DNA of 64,000 nt from a virus, in the IMG/VR virus record IMGVR_UViG_3300044645_002525, positions 1-64,000 of that record; one strand, written 5' to 3'. Position 1 is the first letter of the stretch. Every line of letters starts with the position of its first letter. The notes beneath the pieces were generated by a model that saw only the letters and a program-made list of their open reading frames with translations, had not been told where the DNA came from and made no database searches. The translations under genes were made by a program, and so were the position numbers. Below are positions 1-10,176 of this stretch, piece by piece.

Positions 1-3000
1 TGGAAATAACTGGCGTAGTAGAACCACTAACAACAGTGAGAGGAGCGTTCACACTTACTGACAGAACAGTGCCACTTGCAGGCGTCGCCCACCTCACACC
101 AGTGCCAAGTGCCGAATCAGCCGTCAGCACTTGTCCATTGGTACCAACTGCCTGCTTCAGTAGCGTGGTGCCACTGCCAACAAGAAGATCGCCTTTGGTA
201 TAAGCATTGAAGCTGGTACCGCCATAACCAGTGGCAAGGATGCCACTCGCCACATTGTTTACATTCCTGCATTCAGTGCTAACTTCCTCAATTGCTGCTT
301 GCACATTTCCTGCAGCAATGCTTGCGGCAGGTGAGAACGACACTTGCGCGGCAGTTTGAGAAAGGTAGGTGGAACTAACGTCCACTTCCGTCCAGGCAGT
401 GCCGTTGCAAAGCAGAATATCCGGCGGCTGCAAAGTAGTAGCAGGGGCTGGTGAAGTGCCAGTGCCGCCACTGGAGACCACCACGTAATAACGATTAAAA
501 GTGGCCGATGGAGTGGGAAGCGGTTGTCCTACGCTTAAACCAACTGCTGCACCATCTGCACTGGTGCTAGCAATGGTATTGCCGCTTGCATTGTAAGTGC
601 CGCCAAAGATAATCTCGCCAACACTAATACCAACTGGGTTCCAAACGTTACCATCCCATAGATAGAGATCTTTCTCCAATGGATTGAAGAAGAATTGTCC
701 AATAAAATCAGCAACTGGCGGAGCTTCGCCAAACTGACTCACTGAATAATTAGCAAGTTTTGATGCAAGGATGGAATCGTCGGCAATTAAACCACTACCA
801 AACGTACCAGTGGTAATTTTGCTTGCAGGCAATTCTGGAATGTCGTCCGCAATTAAGCTCGTATTTCCTGCGCTAACGTGCCCTTCCGTGTCGACGGTCA
901 CCTTGTAATAAGTGCCAGATGCCACGCTATTCGCATGGTTAAAGATGCCGCTGGCAGTAACTAAACCAGTGCCAGCTTGCGCCACACCCAGGGCAGCAGT
1001 GGTTGCCTGAGGGAGATCACTGGCGGCGATGGCCCTGAAAGTAGGAGCAGCGTCAGCATTACCACTTGCCGGACCAGCAAAGAAGCGCGTTGCAACTTGC
1101 GTGTTTAAAGAAGGAACAATGGAAGCACTAAATTCATCTGGATATACAGTGGTGAAGCTATAAACAGTGTCTCCAGAAACGACAGCGGTGGCAAGGCCAG
1201 ATTGACGTTGCCAAGTGCTTCCGTTCCATGTATATTCATAACCAGTGCCAGTATTGAGCCATTGCTGACCAATAAAACTGCCACTACCCACTGGAGTGGA
1301 ACCAGCGACAATGGCAGCAGAATTGTCTGCCATTTTTACGCCAGTAACAGCGCCATTATCAATCTTGGCAGTGATGACAGCGGCATCATCAATCTTCGTT
1401 GAAGTGACTGCAGAATTAGCAATGGTTGCAGCAAATGCTCCAGTGCCAGTGCCCGTTACATCCCCAGAAAGAGTGATTGTTTGGTCACCAGTGTTGGTGC
1501 CAGTGGAAGTGCCCGAGAAAGTACCATCCTGAACGGCCAATGTGCCGAGTCCAAGTGTTTCTCTAATGTCTGCAACGCTGGCATCATCAAGGATGGAACG
1601 TGCTGCAGAGGTGCAAGGAATTTCTTCTACAGTGCCACCACTGGCAGAAGATCGACCAAGGATGACATCGCTAGTTGTCGTGGTTTGAATTTTGGCGTAA
1701 GAAACGGCTCCATCAGCAATCTTGGCAGTAGTAACGCCACTGTCAACAATCTTGGCTGTAGTGACAGAATCGCTAGCAAGCTTAGCTGCTGTAATATTTG
1801 CATCGACAATTTTGACAGTAGTTACGCCACTATCGGCAAGCTTCGCAGTGGTAATTGCACTGTCGGCAATATTGGCAGTGACAATGGAAGACGAATCATA
1901 GTCGCCACTTCCAACTGTATTTTTTACGGCTAGCGAACCAAGGCCAAGCGTTGTACGTTGTGCGCTTGCATCTGCATCATCAAGAATGGCACGACCAGCA
2001 GCAGTGATCGCACTAGTGGCGTAAGTGTCAGAAGCAGTGGTATAAATGAGCTGACCAGATGCAGTGGTAAGTCCTGCAATTGAAGCCAGGGCAGCATCAT
2101 AAGCCTGCACGTCAGTGCCAATGACCAAGCCAAGATTGGTGCGAGCGCCAGAAGCAGTAGAAGAGCCTGTACCGCCATCTGCAACCGCGAGATCAGTGAT
2201 GCCGCTGATGACACCCCCATTGATCGTTGCATAAGAAATGGTGCCACTACTGAGCACGGCTGTGCCGCCAGTGATTGCCACGCCAGAAGCTGCTTGGACT
2301 GCCATGGTGTCAAGGCCAAGCGTTGTGCGCTGAGCAGCAGCATCTGCATCATCAAGAAGCGCTCTACCGGCTTCGGTGAGCGTAATGCTTTCTACGTTGC
2401 CGCTACCAGCGGAAGCTCGACCAAGAAGCACGCCACTTGCCACTTGCTGGATCTTGGCAAACGTAACGGCATTGTCTTCAATGGCAGCAGTGGGAATAGA
2501 ACCACTTGCATAGCTTCCAGAAGGGATGGAACTGGCAGTGATAACCGCGCCAGAAAGCTCTCCAGAAGAAAGGCCAAGCTTGCTAATTGTGACAGCACCA
2601 GATGCAAGCTTTGTAGTGGTAATTCCGCTGTCAACAAGCTGTGCAGTATTGACGCTGCCGCTTGCCATCTTGGCAAGAGTTACCACAGAATCAAGAATAT
2701 TGATGGTTGCAACACTATCAGCAGCCAGCTTTGCTTGCGTGATACCACTATTGACAAGCTGCGTGGTTCCCACGGAACTAGCAGCCATCTTTGCCAGTGT
2801 TACGCCACTAGCAGCCAAATGCACGGTATCAATGGCGCCAGTACTTACATTTGTGCCCGTAATGCCACTAGTTTGAATTTTGGCGGAAGTAACAGCGCCA
2901 TCAAGGATTTTGGCCGTTTCCACTGCGTCGCTAGCAAGCTTGCCAGCCGTTACAGCCAAATCGTTAATCTTGCCAGTGGTAACGCTTAAGTCTTCAAGCA

Positions 3001-3418
3001 GAGAAGTGTTGATCGTGTTGCCAGTTGCAACCACGCCTAGCTCAAGCGTTGAGCGAGCAGCAGCGGCATTTGCGTCGTCAAGAAGCGTGCGAATATAAAC
3101 AGTGCAATCAATCTCTTCTACATTGCCAGTAGAAGCACTGCGCCCAAGGAGCTTGTTAGCACTTACTTGCTGAATCTTGTCGTAAGTGAGAGTATTGGTG
3201 GCAATGGAAGTGCCAGTGAGTTTTGCGGCACTCGCTTGATTAATTTTTGAAATGTCTAATGTCGATGCGTCAGCAATGTTAAAACCTGCTTGAATCAGGC
3301 TCTTCACTTGCACCTTCTTGGTCTGACTGGCACTAACGTCTGCAATAGGCAGCACGTCATTTGAAGCTACGCCTCCCTGAGAAAGTTCGACGAGTTCCGT
3401 AATTCTTTGATCGGCCAT
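1..3418 (-). CDS. Long tail fibre protein, runs off the left edge (partial, about 1139 codons visible; absent from the ORF track)
   Basis: Open frame read by eye from ATG at 3418 (MADQRITELVELSQGG...) to the window edge. Many ~10-aa xxxVTTAKLAD repeats, recurring (G)RxLLDDAxAxAxRxTLGL motifs and Gly/Thr/Ser/Ala-rich composition; lies at the end of the tail module. Confidence 0.85.
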   Translation of the reverse strand, partial: MADQRITELVELSQGGVASNDVLPIADVSASQTKKVQVKSLIQAGFNIADASTLDISKINQASAAKLTGTSIATNTLTYDKIQQVSANKLLGRSASTGNVEEIDCTVYIRTLLDDANAAAARSTLELGVVATGNTINTSLLEDLSVTTGKINDLAVTAGKLASDAVETAKILDGAVTSAKIQTSGITGTNVSTGAIDTVHLAASGVTLAKMAASSVGTTQLVNSGITQAKLAADSVATINILDSVVTLAKMASGSVNTAQLVDSGITTTKLASGAVTISKLGLSSGELSGAVITASSIPSGSYASGSIPTAAIEDNAVTFAKIQQVASGVLLGRASAGSGNVESITLTEAGRALLDDADAAAQRTTLGLDTMAVQAASGVAITGGTAVLSSGTISYATINGGVISGITDLAVADGGTGSSTASGARTNLGLVIGTDVQAYDAALASIAGLTTASGQLIYTTASDTYATSAITAAGRAILDDADASAQRTTLGLGSLAVKNTVGSGDYDSSSIVTANIADSAITTAKLADSGVTTVKIVDANITAAKLASDSVTTAKIVDSGVTTAKIADGAVSYAKIQTTTTSDVILGRSSASGGTVEEIPCTSAARSILDDASVADIRETLGLGTLAVQDGTFSGTSTGTNTGDQTITLSGDVTGTGTGAFAATIANSAVTSTKIDDAAVITAKIDNGAVTGVKMADNSAAIVAGSTPVGSGSFIGQQWLNTGTGYEYTWNGSTWQRQSGLATAVVSGDTVYSFTTVYPDEFSASIVPSLNTQVATRFFAGPASGNADAAPTFRAIAASDLPQATTAALGVAQAGTGLVTASGIFNHANSVASGTYYKVTVDTEGHVSAGNTSLIADDIPELPASKITTGTFGSGLIADDSILASKLANYSVSQFGEAPPVADFIGQFFFNPLEKDLYLWDGNVWNPVGISVGEIIFGGTYNASGNTIASTSADGAAVGLSVGQPLPTPSATFNRYYVVVSSGGTGTSPAPATTLQPPDILLCNGTAWTEVDVSSTYLSQTAAQVSFSPAASIAAGNVQAAIEEVSTECRNVNNVASGILATGYGGTSFNAYTKGDLLVGSGTTLLKQAVGTNGQVLTADSALGTGVRWATPASGTVLSVSVNAPLTVVSGSTTPVIS

Positions 3419-3495
3419 CTCTCAAAAAGGCAGGGCTAAATACAGTCTAGTCTCTCTCGATAATAGCTATTATCGCCGTCCCTTCTCCATTGTGA

Positions 3496-4506
3496 TTAGT
3501 CAGTGATTTCCTTCAGCAGATAATCAAGGCCTTGCTCAAGATAAATGGCATCGTTGTCTTCCTTGAGAATATATTCAGGAGGAATGCCTACTCTGATTTT
3601 AAATTCTCCAGTGGTCACGAAATCAACAGAACAAGCAACTAGTGCATCAGACGTGACGGTCACCCCCGCTCTTGTTACAACTGCTTCAATGTCATAGTAA
3701 ACTTCCTCTCTAAACGTAGCCGATTGCTTAACAGAAGACAATGAAAGCAGAGCCTTAAAGCTACTTCCAACGTCAAGTCGATTAATCACTTGCAGCAAGA
3801 ATAATGGCACGTCTTGATCCGCCACTGTTTCATAACTAAACAAGCATTCAATGCTGCCATTGCCACTTAATAGACCAGCCGAATACTGCTGCTTGAACTT
3901 ATCAGAGAGACTCGTCGTCTCCATGGCGGCCCTGTCAGTATTGATTTCAAATGACGTGACGGAGCCAAGTGTGTTGTACCTAGTGTCCCTTACGCCCACT
4001 GTAATTTCAATCGGTTCTCCGTAAAAATTAGCCAAAGCATATTCATTGGCTCTTTCATTATTCACTGCATCGCCAAAGTCTTCAAACAGGCGAATGCCAC
4101 CCACTCTGTTTACATTTGCATAGGCTCTGATATTGTCCGCTGTAATATAGTCGCTTAGCCTAAATTCATCGTAACCTTCTGGAGGGAGATCATTGCTTGT
4201 GCTAATTTCATCGTCCAGCCATCCAGAAAGCGCAACCGTACTTCCTGAAGACCAGACCACCTCGCTATAGCCGTCAACATCTGGACCAGGAATGCTCCAA
4301 AATGCTGGAGGGATAAATAAAAGACCTCTAGGATCCTCCGTCGAGATTTCCAGGAGATCACCAGTGATTAAATTGTCATCGCTTCCTTCAAAGCTAAAGC
4401 GATTCAACGCAGTGTTTACATCACTAGGCGAGACAGTAGTTGTGAAAGTGTTTTCACCTCCTCGCTGAAGCTTGATAGCGCCTGTATGGCCAACAAAAAA
4501 CGTCAT
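3496..4506 (-). CDS. Minor tail protein with tail-tube-like segments and an insertion
   Basis: Starts MTFFVGHTGAIKL like the neighbouring 139-aa protein; C-terminal half (VTSFEINTDRAAMETTSLSD...GNGSIECLF...SVDFVTTG) follows a tail-tube pattern. Confidence 0.6.
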   Translation of the reverse strand: MTFFVGHTGAIKLQRGGENTFTTTVSPSDVNTALNRFSFEGSDDNLITGDLLEISTEDPRGLLFIPPAFWSIPGPDVDGYSEVVWSSGSTVALSGWLDDEISTSNDLPPEGYDEFRLSDYITADNIRAYANVNRVGGIRLFEDFGDAVNNERANEYALANFYGEPIEITVGVRDTRYNTLGSVTSFEINTDRAAMETTSLSDKFKQQYSAGLLSGNGSIECLFSYETVADQDVPLFLLQVINRLDVGSSFKALLSLSSVKQSATFREEVYYDIEAVVTRAGVTVTSDALVACSVDFVTTGEFKIRVGIPPEYILKEDNDAIYLEQGLDYLLKEITD

Positions 4507-4567
4507 CTCGCTTCAGCGACTATTCTTCCATTGTACGAACAATGCAGATTATAAATTAAGCTTTCTA

Positions 4568-4987
4568 TCAAGTGGTACCAGAAAGAACCACTGCATCAAG
4601 GGGACCATCAATCGTGAAATTAAACGAAACAGTGGTCAGCTCGTCAGTGGAGGAAGTGATGCTTGCACTGTTAATGTAAGCATCAGCATTAAATGTCTGG
4701 CTTGTCCCCACTTCAAAAGTGAGGTTGACGCGGTCGCTTTCAGTGACGGCGCCAGTTTTAGTGATCTTCTCAAGAAGATTGGTCACGTCAGTTGCGTCGC
4801 CGTTGTAATAAGACAACGTAGCACTACCAGTGGCGCTAAACAGGCCAGGAGTGAAAGTGTTGGCAGTGTCTCCCAGTGCTGTAGTGTCCAGCATGTTGAC
4901 GGAAGTATCAAGCGTCCAATTACGAACCTTCGACACTTCGCTGCCGCCGAGACGCAGCTTGCCAGTGCGACCAGTATAGAAGGGCAT
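4568..4987 (-). CDS. Tail-tube-like minor tail protein
   Basis: VRNWTLDTSVNMLDTTALGD...SATGSATLSY...SFNFTIDG pattern typical of siphovirus tube folds. Confidence 0.65.
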   Translation of the reverse strand: MPFYTGRTGKLRLGGSEVSKVRNWTLDTSVNMLDTTALGDTANTFTPGLFSATGSATLSYYNGDATDVTNLLEKITKTGAVTESDRVNLTFEVGTSQTFNADAYINSASITSSTDELTTVSFNFTIDGPLDAVVLSGTT

Positions 4988-5031
4988 TGTCTTAAAGCTT
5001 TTTGTTTATGATAGCAAGATTCTAATTTGTA

Positions 5032-8000
5032 TCATCCATCAATGGTGAACAAGTCTTCACTTTGCCGTGCTATCAAGGAGCGAGTGACGCCGCCTTCTTC
5101 CACGCATGGATGTTCGTTGGCCCGAATGGTCACTTCTCCTTGCTCGTCCATTTCCACCTCTACCACCTTAAATACTCTCTTGCTTGTTAATTGAGTGCCG
5201 AGAACAAACAACCAGCCCTCGTAGGCCGCAAGGCTTGTCACCACGCTGTTAGACACACTTACAGAAGGAAAACTCTTCACTTCATCTGCCCCATCGTAGA
5301 TGAGCACGCTAAACGTACCGTTAATTGGCTCTTCTGACAATGGGAGATTCAGCGTTCCTCCTTGTTCTACCACCCCACTTTTAATATTGTCCCATCGGTT
5401 TTCATCAGACTGCACGTAGATGTACGAACCAGGCTTTACTGGCGCCTCAGTGGGGAATGTCTTGAATTCCACAGCCCTGCGAACATATCGCCTTTGCATG
5501 CACATCATCATCCCATAATGCAATGCTTGAGTGCGAGAAGTCACGAATTGAGACAAATCAAAGCTCACTCGCCTTGCATCGTTTTCGCTTGCATCAGCAA
5601 GCTTAATAGTCAAGCTTGTATTCTGCGGAAACACACCATCGCGCTCGGGAGCCCTGTAAATAATCGTTGCAATGACATCTTGAGTTGAGTCGCCATAATC
5701 AAGAAATTCTTCTTTGTAGCTATCTTCCAGAATGTTTCCCTGGTTGAACAATGCGCTGATAGTGATTTGCCTATAAATTCTGCCAGTGGCATCAACTGGC
5801 AACGCTGGAATCAATGTGTCCCGTCCGCCAATGCGGGCAAATTCCAGCATGCTATAAGGCGCAATCTCAGCCCAAAACTCACGCCATGCACGAGCATCCG
5901 CAATCACTCCATCCATAAAATATCCCATCGTCCTACACATTCTTTTGCTTATGCCAAGTTGATCAATGTCAATACCCGCTGGATCCGCAAATTGACCAAT
6001 GCCATTTTGCTTATCAAGTACGGTGTCAAGAAAAATATCGGGAGCATAATTGCTTTGCCCATCTGGATTGGCAGGATAGGAAGATTGCCCGTTAGCGTCT
6101 GGCCCAGCAATTCGCCTAAGCCTCTTGCCTTTCGTTACAAACACACTTAAAGACTTAAGGTTTCGGATCTCCTTGCCACTGAAAGAATTAAAACCAGCAA
6201 GCGACATGCCAGCATAAATACCTGGATAATTCGCTGCATAGTTTGGATCGTTTTGCTGCTCTGTTACTGCTGTAATTTCAAACTCTGGGCCAGCATCAAA
6301 AGAAAACTGAATGTTGCAATCAGAAGAGCAAGCGGCAATGCGATCTCTATCCCCGCTGGCCTTTAATACCATGGAGGGAGAATATAGAGCCCATTCATCG
6401 AGAGCGAAAGGACTCTTGTTTTTAGGCGGAAGATTATTCCTGCTTGGAGCCCTATCCGTCCCAAAGTACAACACCTTCGCCCCTGGCAAGCCAGGAATAT
6501 CAATGCTATTAGGGGCGCTTAAATTTTGCCCTGCATTTAAATAGGCAAATCTCAGTGCTCCATATTTAAGCGCTTCTGATGGCACGTCAAACACAGGCTC
6601 AAACCTGAAAGCCCAACGCTTTGTGTTATCCGGGGCATCAAAATAGACAGGGAAAAAGAATTCATTGTCGGCAGCCCTACGCAGGACAAACACGCGAGGC
6701 ACTAGTCTCCAGTCCGAATCAGGAGCGCTTGCTTCTTTCGCAAACATCAAGAAAAACGCGCTTCTAAATTTCAGGCCATTATCAGAATTGCGGTAGCCAT
6801 CTACGTTCACTTCTCCATATGTTTTTTGCCGCCCTTGTACGCGCATAAATGCCTTGCCTTTGATTGCAAAATTAACCACTTTGCAAGCAGAAATCGTCTC
6901 ATACGATGCCTGGGAAATTTTTACCAAGCACTTAGTAGCGAGATAGTCATTAAGGGACTCCGGGCTTGCTAGCTCAACTTCAATCGCAGCAATTTGGCGT
7001 TGAATGGAAGAAATTTCGTTAGCGAGACCCTGATTCCTCCTGTCCATTGCGGGATAGTCAATTTGAATGAGGCCGGCAATTCTGCTCTCAATCTGACGCA
7101 TCCTGTTTCTAACCCTTTTAAGAATGCGCCTTTCTTGCACTGCGTTTAGCGTGCCAGACCTCCTCCGTGCATCTATCAGGTCAGAGAAATCTGTATTGTT
7201 TACAACTTGATAACCTTCTATCTTTGAAAACTGCCGCTGTACATCGTTAACAACAGTCTCAATGTTTGATAAATAGTTGAATAATTTTTGATCCGCAAAG
7301 TTTCTATCCCGAATGTAAAATTCAAGCTTTTTCCTGAGGTTCCTAACGGTAACTTTTATATTTGCAATTTTTGCCCTTCTTCTTGCAATTTCCGCGCCAT
7401 CAGGATTATTCTTTTTGCGCTCCTCTACAATCTCCTCTCGCTCATTTTCCATATCATTTTCAAGCACATTTATATCATCTGCAAGCTTAATAATGTCCCC
7501 TGGAAATAAATTTCTATTTTCTAGTACATATTCGTCCATCTGGGATGGCGTTCTAACAATATAAGCAATGTCGTCAACCAAGTCTTCGATCTCATCAATT
7601 TTGCTGTTAAATGCTGCGTAAGCATTCTGTTGCGATGCCGTTAAATTGGTAATTGTAATTGGCATGTTAAACGCCAATTGATCCTCTTTCGCCTTGAGAT
7701 TGGCTTTTAACGCTGGCAATAATTTATTAAGTTCTTGCTCTTGATCTCTTACGCTCTCAGTGGCATAATCTTCCCACGGTCCATAACCACCATTGACTCC
7801 TCCAATGTCGTCAAAACATTCCAGCGTAACATTCAGCCTCTTGGAATCTAGGTCGTCATCTCCATCAATTCCAACCACTTTGAACTTCGCGCTGCCAAGC
7901 TTGTAAATGCTCGCTACGTCCATAGAAGAAGCGGCCACAAGACGATCCTCTTCCGCTTGTTTTTCCGCTAAATTTCCTTTGCCATCATTCTTTGCAATTT

Positions 8001-8883
8001 CTAAAACAATTCGATGGCCAATGGGGAATGGTAATCTTGACGTTCCGTAAATGTTAGGCCAATAGATGCCTCTTTGAGTGACAGTAATTCTATTGTCGCT
8101 ATCAACAGGGCTACCATCTGCCCGCCTTTCATACACATCCACATTAATGGGAATGGGACTCTCAATGCCAAAAGATGCAAATGATGACGGAGAAAATGAC
8201 TGACTAAATCCGTCAAAAGCATTTGGGGCGACAATATATGGCCTGTAAACTGTATCAACTGGCGATCGTCCAGATCTCGCTGGATCCTGCGAATCTCCCT
8301 TTAGAAGATTGTTAAATGTGATGGGACCACCAGAACGGAAGTAGAACCAATTACCAGTATTGACAAATTGTCGAGCAGGAGTTTGACCAAAAGCAATGCG
8401 TTCGGCAGCAATTTCTACAATATCAGCGGTGCCAACAGTGGCCAATATTTGCATATACTGCCTTGCTCCATAGCTATGCACAGCCGACCACAGTAATGAA
8501 GTGGCTGCCCTTACGCCACCGCTGGGGTTGGTGTCAACGTCTGTGTAGACAAGATTGACCGGGGCTCCATATTGGGCCAAGTCTTGAGCGCTATCAAAGC
8601 CAAAGCGAGGATTGAACCTTCGTTCTCGGCGACTGCCAGGAGCATCTGGACTATCAATTTGGGGCTTAGGCGCAAGCAACGCTGATGCGACCTGCGCTAA
8701 CGTGCCGACGATGGAAAGGATTAAAGCTACAGTTCCCACTTCCAAGCCATTGCGCACATCAAATATTGTCCCGTCTTTGATGTCCTTGTATTGCTCTTGG
8801 TAAGCAATAAAACGAAAATATTCTTCTTCTGTGATAGCAAGCGTATCAATTAGAGCGCGTTCGTAAGGAAGGAGGCGTCTCAT
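5032..8883 (-). CDS. Tail tip / host-specificity (gpJ-like hub) protein with a coiled-coil insertion
   Basis: 1283 aa; follows M-L-K-like genes; N-terminal hydrophobic segment, YGAPVNLVY motif, and C-terminal VEFKTFP...PGSYIYV pattern. Confidence 0.75.
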   Translation of the reverse strand: MRRLLPYERALIDTLAITEEEYFRFIAYQEQYKDIKDGTIFDVRNGLEVGTVALILSIVGTLAQVASALLAPKPQIDSPDAPGSRRERRFNPRFGFDSAQDLAQYGAPVNLVYTDVDTNPSGGVRAATSLLWSAVHSYGARQYMQILATVGTADIVEIAAERIAFGQTPARQFVNTGNWFYFRSGGPITFNNLLKGDSQDPARSGRSPVDTVYRPYIVAPNAFDGFSQSFSPSSFASFGIESPIPINVDVYERRADGSPVDSDNRITVTQRGIYWPNIYGTSRLPFPIGHRIVLEIAKNDGKGNLAEKQAEEDRLVAASSMDVASIYKLGSAKFKVVGIDGDDDLDSKRLNVTLECFDDIGGVNGGYGPWEDYATESVRDQEQELNKLLPALKANLKAKEDQLAFNMPITITNLTASQQNAYAAFNSKIDEIEDLVDDIAYIVRTPSQMDEYVLENRNLFPGDIIKLADDINVLENDMENEREEIVEERKKNNPDGAEIARRRAKIANIKVTVRNLRKKLEFYIRDRNFADQKLFNYLSNIETVVNDVQRQFSKIEGYQVVNNTDFSDLIDARRRSGTLNAVQERRILKRVRNRMRQIESRIAGLIQIDYPAMDRRNQGLANEISSIQRQIAAIEVELASPESLNDYLATKCLVKISQASYETISACKVVNFAIKGKAFMRVQGRQKTYGEVNVDGYRNSDNGLKFRSAFFLMFAKEASAPDSDWRLVPRVFVLRRAADNEFFFPVYFDAPDNTKRWAFRFEPVFDVPSEALKYGALRFAYLNAGQNLSAPNSIDIPGLPGAKVLYFGTDRAPSRNNLPPKNKSPFALDEWALYSPSMVLKASGDRDRIAACSSDCNIQFSFDAGPEFEITAVTEQQNDPNYAANYPGIYAGMSLAGFNSFSGKEIRNLKSLSVFVTKGKRLRRIAGPDANGQSSYPANPDGQSNYAPDIFLDTVLDKQNGIGQFADPAGIDIDQLGISKRMCRTMGYFMDGVIADARAWREFWAEIAPYSMLEFARIGGRDTLIPALPVDATGRIYRQITISALFNQGNILEDSYKEEFLDYGDSTQDVIATIIYRAPERDGVFPQNTSLTIKLADASENDARRVSFDLSQFVTSRTQALHYGMMMCMQRRYVRRAVEFKTFPTEAPVKPGSYIYVQSDENRWDNIKSGVVEQGGTLNLPLSEEPINGTFSVLIYDGADEVKSFPSVSVSNSVVTSLAAYEGWLFVLGTQLTSKRVFKVVEVEMDEQGEVTIRANEHPCVEEGGVTRSLIARQSEDLFTIDG

Positions 8884-9275
8884 TGCTTAATATCAGGCAG
8901 CATTTTGAACAGCTTCAACGATGGAAAAGACGATGACCAATATGATCGTCCGTTTCTTGAAACTGTAACTATCCCTCCATCATAGGTCACCCCCACTGCT
9001 ATTTCACCGCCAGGCCGTGGAAGAATAATTGCCACGTTTCCATCTTCTCTTGCAGTGGTCCTTTGTCCATTTTCAAACAACCATCTAATCACTCTTTTCA
9101 TTGGCAAATTACCACTGTCATATTCGTCATAAGCCCATTTGAAATGGTCCTCGTAATCGTGCAGGCCAAGCCTCCTTCTCACTTCGCAAACAAGCATAAA
9201 GCAATCGCTTTTGCCTTCCCCGTCTGATGGACGGGCTCGTCGCTCATATGAAAGGCCGATTAAATCATTGATCAT
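8880..9275 (-). CDS. Tail assembly protein, NlpC/P60-like (gpK-like)
   Basis: DLIGLSY...DCFMLVCEVRRRLG motif and position in the tail-tip cluster; the catalytic His is not evident. Confidence 0.65.
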   Translation of the reverse strand: MINDLIGLSYERRARPSDGEGKSDCFMLVCEVRRRLGLHDYEDHFKWAYDEYDSGNLPMKRVIRWLFENGQRTTAREDGNVAIILPRPGGEIAVGVTYDGGIVTVSRNGRSYWSSSFPSLKLFKMLPDIKQ

Positions 9276-9784
9276 TGCAAGCGCAAATCTGCGTTGAGCG
9301 GAAGAATGCCAACATTTTGCCGATTAAGCTGTTGCGCAGGGAAAGACGCCCCCACGCTATCCATGGCACTCCTAAATCGAAGCTCAATGGTGGTATCACT
9401 AAATGCGGCTCCAACGCCAATATAGTATTCAGTGTATTGGTTTACTACTGTATAGCTGGAATAGTTAGAGATATCATTAGATGCCATCCACACGGTTTTT
9501 AACTGCAGCTTGCTAAGGCGATTCCCTTCTCCATCTTCAACCATTGCAATGGCGAAAGCAGTATGGGGGAACAAAAGCTGAAGGGCAGGATTATCGCCTC
9601 CTAGCGCGGCAGTGGAGCCCCTCGCCTCAAATGGTGCATGGCGATACACTGGCGAAGCAGTGCCGGGAATTGACACTGCCGTAAAGTCTTTACCGAAGAA
9701 ATAGTTCTGATAGTAATGGCTACGTTGATTTGCCGTTTCAATGAAGGCGAAATGCGCCACGCGAATTGTAGGCATCATAATCAA
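9272..9784 (-). CDS. Minor tail protein (gpL-like)
   Basis: Synteny between the distal tail and NlpC/P60 genes; YQNYF and FP motifs. Confidence 0.55.
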   Translation of the reverse strand: MIMMPTIRVAHFAFIETANQRSHYYQNYFFGKDFTAVSIPGTASPVYRHAPFEARGSTAALGGDNPALQLLFPHTAFAIAMVEDGEGNRLSKLQLKTVWMASNDISNYSSYTVVNQYTEYYIGVGAAFSDTTIELRFRSAMDSVGASFPAQQLNRQNVGILPLNADLRLQ

Positions 9785-10176
9785 GCGCCAGAATAATCCA
9801 GCTCGCCAACTAGCCTCACTGTAACAGTGCTTCGTCCATTGAACACACTTTCCACTTGCGGAGGTTCAGCATATTCCCAGAGGATATTGGCGGGAGCCTG
9901 TACGACGCCTTGCAGCGTTGTGCTCATGCCAGAAAACACGGCGTCAGGAAGCGTAAAGCGAGCATAGTTCCCAAACTGTCCGTAGTAGTGATCCAAAATA
10001 GCCTTTGTATTCGCGTCGCTAATATTCTCAAATTGCAAATCAATAAGATGACCAAATGAGCGATTACCAAACACTCGCTTGACAGTAGCCCCCGAAAGTC
10101 CACGATAAGTTTTAGTGGGGAATTGCCCTGGCGAATAAGAACGCCCTGTGGGGCGAATAGAAGGAAAGACTGCCAT
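9781..10176 (-). CDS. Distal tail protein (gpM/Dit-like)
   Basis: Directly after the tape measure; MAVFPSIRPTGRSY...WEYAEPPQV pattern. Confidence 0.65.
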   Translation of the reverse strand: MAVFPSIRPTGRSYSPGQFPTKTYRGLSGATVKRVFGNRSFGHLIDLQFENISDANTKAILDHYYGQFGNYARFTLPDAVFSGMSTTLQGVVQAPANILWEYAEPPQVESVFNGRSTVTVRLVGELDYSGA

